From NCBI GenBank assembly GCA_043816185.1, contig JBDRIG010000089.1:1-28226 (forward strand): 28,226 bases of DNA, given 5' to 3'. The stretch is from Elusimicrobiota bacterium (GTDB lineage: Bacteria; Elusimicrobiota; UBA8919). The notes beneath the pieces are model-generated. The model was not told the origin of the DNA. It saw only the letters and a program-made list of their open reading frames with translations, and made no database searches. The position numbers were made by a program, and so were the translations under genes. Of this stretch, positions 26,568 to 28,226 are shown piece by piece (positions within the stretch are counted from its first letter, which is position 1; every line of letters begins with the position of its first letter).

Positions 26568-27593
26568 TTATTTAAAAATTTTACTCAATATAAAAAAACA
26601 TAATCCTGCTATCAAACCACTTGCTGGTATTGTTATTAACCATGCAATTGCCATGTCTTGTGCAACTTGCCATCTTATCATTTTTGGACGAAAAGCACTA
26701 CCAGCACCTATTACCGACGATGAAATAACCTGTGTAGTAGAAATAGGGTATCCAAAAAATGCAGCAAAATAAATTATTAAAGTTGAAGTTGTTTGGGACG
26801 CAAAACCATGTATAGGTCTTATTTTATAAAGTCCTGTTCCAAGTGTTTTGATTATATGCCAGCCACCGATTGCGGTACCGGATGCCATAGCAAGCGAGCA
26901 GGAAATAGCAACCCAACAAGGAATGGCAATATGTTCTTGTGACGATGGTTTATATAATCCGAGCAAAATTAGTGTAAAAACAATTACACCCATACTTTTT
27001 TGTGCATCGTTTGTGCCATGTGCAAGCGATTGTGTTATAGATGAAACAATCTGTAATTTCTTAAAAACTTCATTTACTTTTGGTGATGCCCATTTGGAAA
27101 AAAATAGTGTAAGTCGTGTAAAAAAGTATGTAATAATAAGTCCGACGCAAGGAGACACTATCATAATCAAGATTATATACAAAACTTTATTCCAGTTGAT
27201 TGGATTTGCACCGAGGCCGAAAAAAAACGCACCGATAATACCGCCAATTAGGGAATGGGAAGAAGAGGATGGTATTCCAAGATACCATGTTATAAGATTC
27301 CATGATATCGCACCAATTAAAGCAGCGACGATTATTATAATATTAGATGAGTTGGTGGTGAGTAAAAGTGGATTAACTATTTCTTTGCCGATTGTTTCTG
27401 CAACAGCGGTTCCCAAAAAATATGCTCCGACAAAATTAGCAACAGCAGCGGTAATAAGTGCTACCCTGAAAGACATGGCGCGCGAAGATATTATGGTAGC
27501 CACTTGATTTGCACTATCATTAAATCCGTTTGTAAAATCAAAAAATAACGCAAGGATTACAACGATACCAACAATAAGAGTGGTTATATTCAT
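26568..27593 (-). CDS. pit: PiT-family inorganic phosphate transporter
   Basis: NGFNDSAN, GIPSSSSH, HGTNDAQK and PISTTQ motifs. The start is placed at MNITT; no clear RBS. Confidence 0.92.
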   Translation of the reverse strand: MNITTLIVGIVVILALFFDFTNGFNDSANQVATIISSRAMSFRVALITAAVANFVGAYFLGTAVAETIGKEIVNPLLLTTNSSNIIIIVAALIGAISWNLITWYLGIPSSSSHSLIGGIIGAFFFGLGANPINWNKVLYIILIMIVSPCVGLIITYFFTRLTLFFSKWASPKVNEVFKKLQIVSSITQSLAHGTNDAQKSMGVIVFTLILLGLYKPSSQEHIAIPCWVAISCSLAMASGTAIGGWHIIKTLGTGLYKIRPIHGFASQTTSTLIIYFAAFFGYPISTTQVISSSVIGAGSAFRPKMIRWQVAQDMAIAWLITIPASGLIAGLCFFILSKIFK

Positions 27594-27693
27594 CAAGATA
27601 GGCTCTGGTTGAGAGGGATGATTAGAAGCAAGAAGCAGAGAAATAAGAAACGAGAAGCGAATGAAATGAGCGACGAATTTGTCTAAAAAAGCA

Positions 27694-27837
27694 AGATTGC
27701 CACGAGTCCTGCAGACTCTCACAATGGTATAATGGAAAAGCAAGCTTCCTTCCGGGGAGGTCATAAAGTAACGCATAAAAGCGCAGACCTTTTGTGATCT
27801 TTTCAAACGATCAAAAGTGGAGTTATGACACAGTCTC
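27694..27837. mobile_element. Degenerate REP half plus MITE right end upstream of pit
   Basis: AGATTGCCACG (27694-27704) is identical to 21120-21130. CAAAAGTGGAGTTATGACACAGTCTC (27812-27837) matches 21157-21182 at 25/26. Confidence 0.75.
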
Positions 27838-27942
27838 AAAGAGGGTAATTTTGGTAATATGATACCTATCGTTATATCATCTTGTTTTCTTGAGAGAGGG
27901 ATGAGATCCTGACGTCATTGATCTTTAAGTTAAGATCCAGCG

Positions 27943-28019
27943 CAATGGTTGATCCACCCTCGTTTATATCTGATTTTACAATGGTTGATCCACCCTCGTT
28001 TATATCTGATTTTACAATG
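27943..28019. repeat. Perfect 36-bp tandem duplication (2 copies + 5 bp)
   Basis: CAATGGTTGATCCACCCTCGTTTATATCTGATTTTA at 27943 and 27979, then CAATG. Confidence 0.95.
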
Positions 28020-28035
28020 CTCCTTGAGAGCACCG

Positions 28036-28226
28036 ATAGATGACTGAAAACTGATCGCCAGTATTTCTTTTAATTGTAATCATGAAAAAACATTACACCT
28101 TTATTATTGGTGTCATTTACAAATTTATATTCGTTTATCTCCACCCGTTTAGCGGGAAGGAAGCGTGTCAAAAGATGCTGATTTTTGACAAAGGGGATGC
28201 TATTTTCTACTTGACATGCTTTTCCA
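28036..28226. repeat. 191-bp direct repeat, copy 2
   Basis: 187/191 identical to 1-191. Confidence 0.97.

Noticed and set aside
284..27507. Numerous short antisense or alternate-frame ORFs in the track (e.g. 10566-11189, 11318-11797, 22917-23378, 26848-27507)
   Set aside because: They are shadows of well-supported genes or RNAs on the opposite strand and carry no motifs of their own.
27594..27839. 82-aa N-terminal extension of Pit in the ORF track
   Set aside because: It starts at a TTG inside the MITE terminus and runs through repeat DNA. PiT homology begins at MNITT (27593).
27943..28019. 36-bp repeat as a CRISPR array
   Set aside because: The copies are directly adjacent with no spacer, and there are no cas genes in the window.
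1..28226. Circular plasmid or phage suggested by the terminal repeats
   Set aside because: The repeats are not identical, and the content is core chromosomal (tRNAs, rnpB, tsaE/B, pfkA, recJ) with no replication or virion genes.

Overview
This is an AT-rich chromosomal segment of a diderm bacterium (Elusimicrobiota-like by gene content, which is an unverified inference), using the standard genetic code. The + strand carries a membrane SAM-dependent (spermidine-synthase-like) protein, two GT-C glycosyltransferases interleaved with tsaE/tsaB, a TPR protein, tRNA-Ile2(CAT), nth, tRNA-Val(CAC), a C4 zinc-ribbon protein, RNase HI, RNase P RNA, two outer-membrane beta-barrels, GH57, a 5'-nucleotidase, pfkA, a lone fumarase/tartrate dehydratase beta subunit and a RelBE-type TA pair between 58-bp direct repeats. 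The - strand carries pit, DUF47, punA, recJ (with an embedded, degenerate DEDDh exonuclease domain) and pdp. The most striking feature is a dense, nested population of small non-autonomous palindromic elements with no transposase in the window. These include a MITE family with (G/C)AGACTGTGTC(A/G)CAA termini, REP-like GTCATTGCGAG...CTCGCAATGAC palindromes, a 54-bp dispersed repeat, a 51-bp TGTCAA...TTGACA insert with an apparent empty site, and a 191-bp repeat at both window ends. Palindromic or repeat-like segments also appear inserted in frame in tsaE, tsaB and two signal peptides, and inside the RNase P RNA, reminiscent of Rickettsia palindromic elements.
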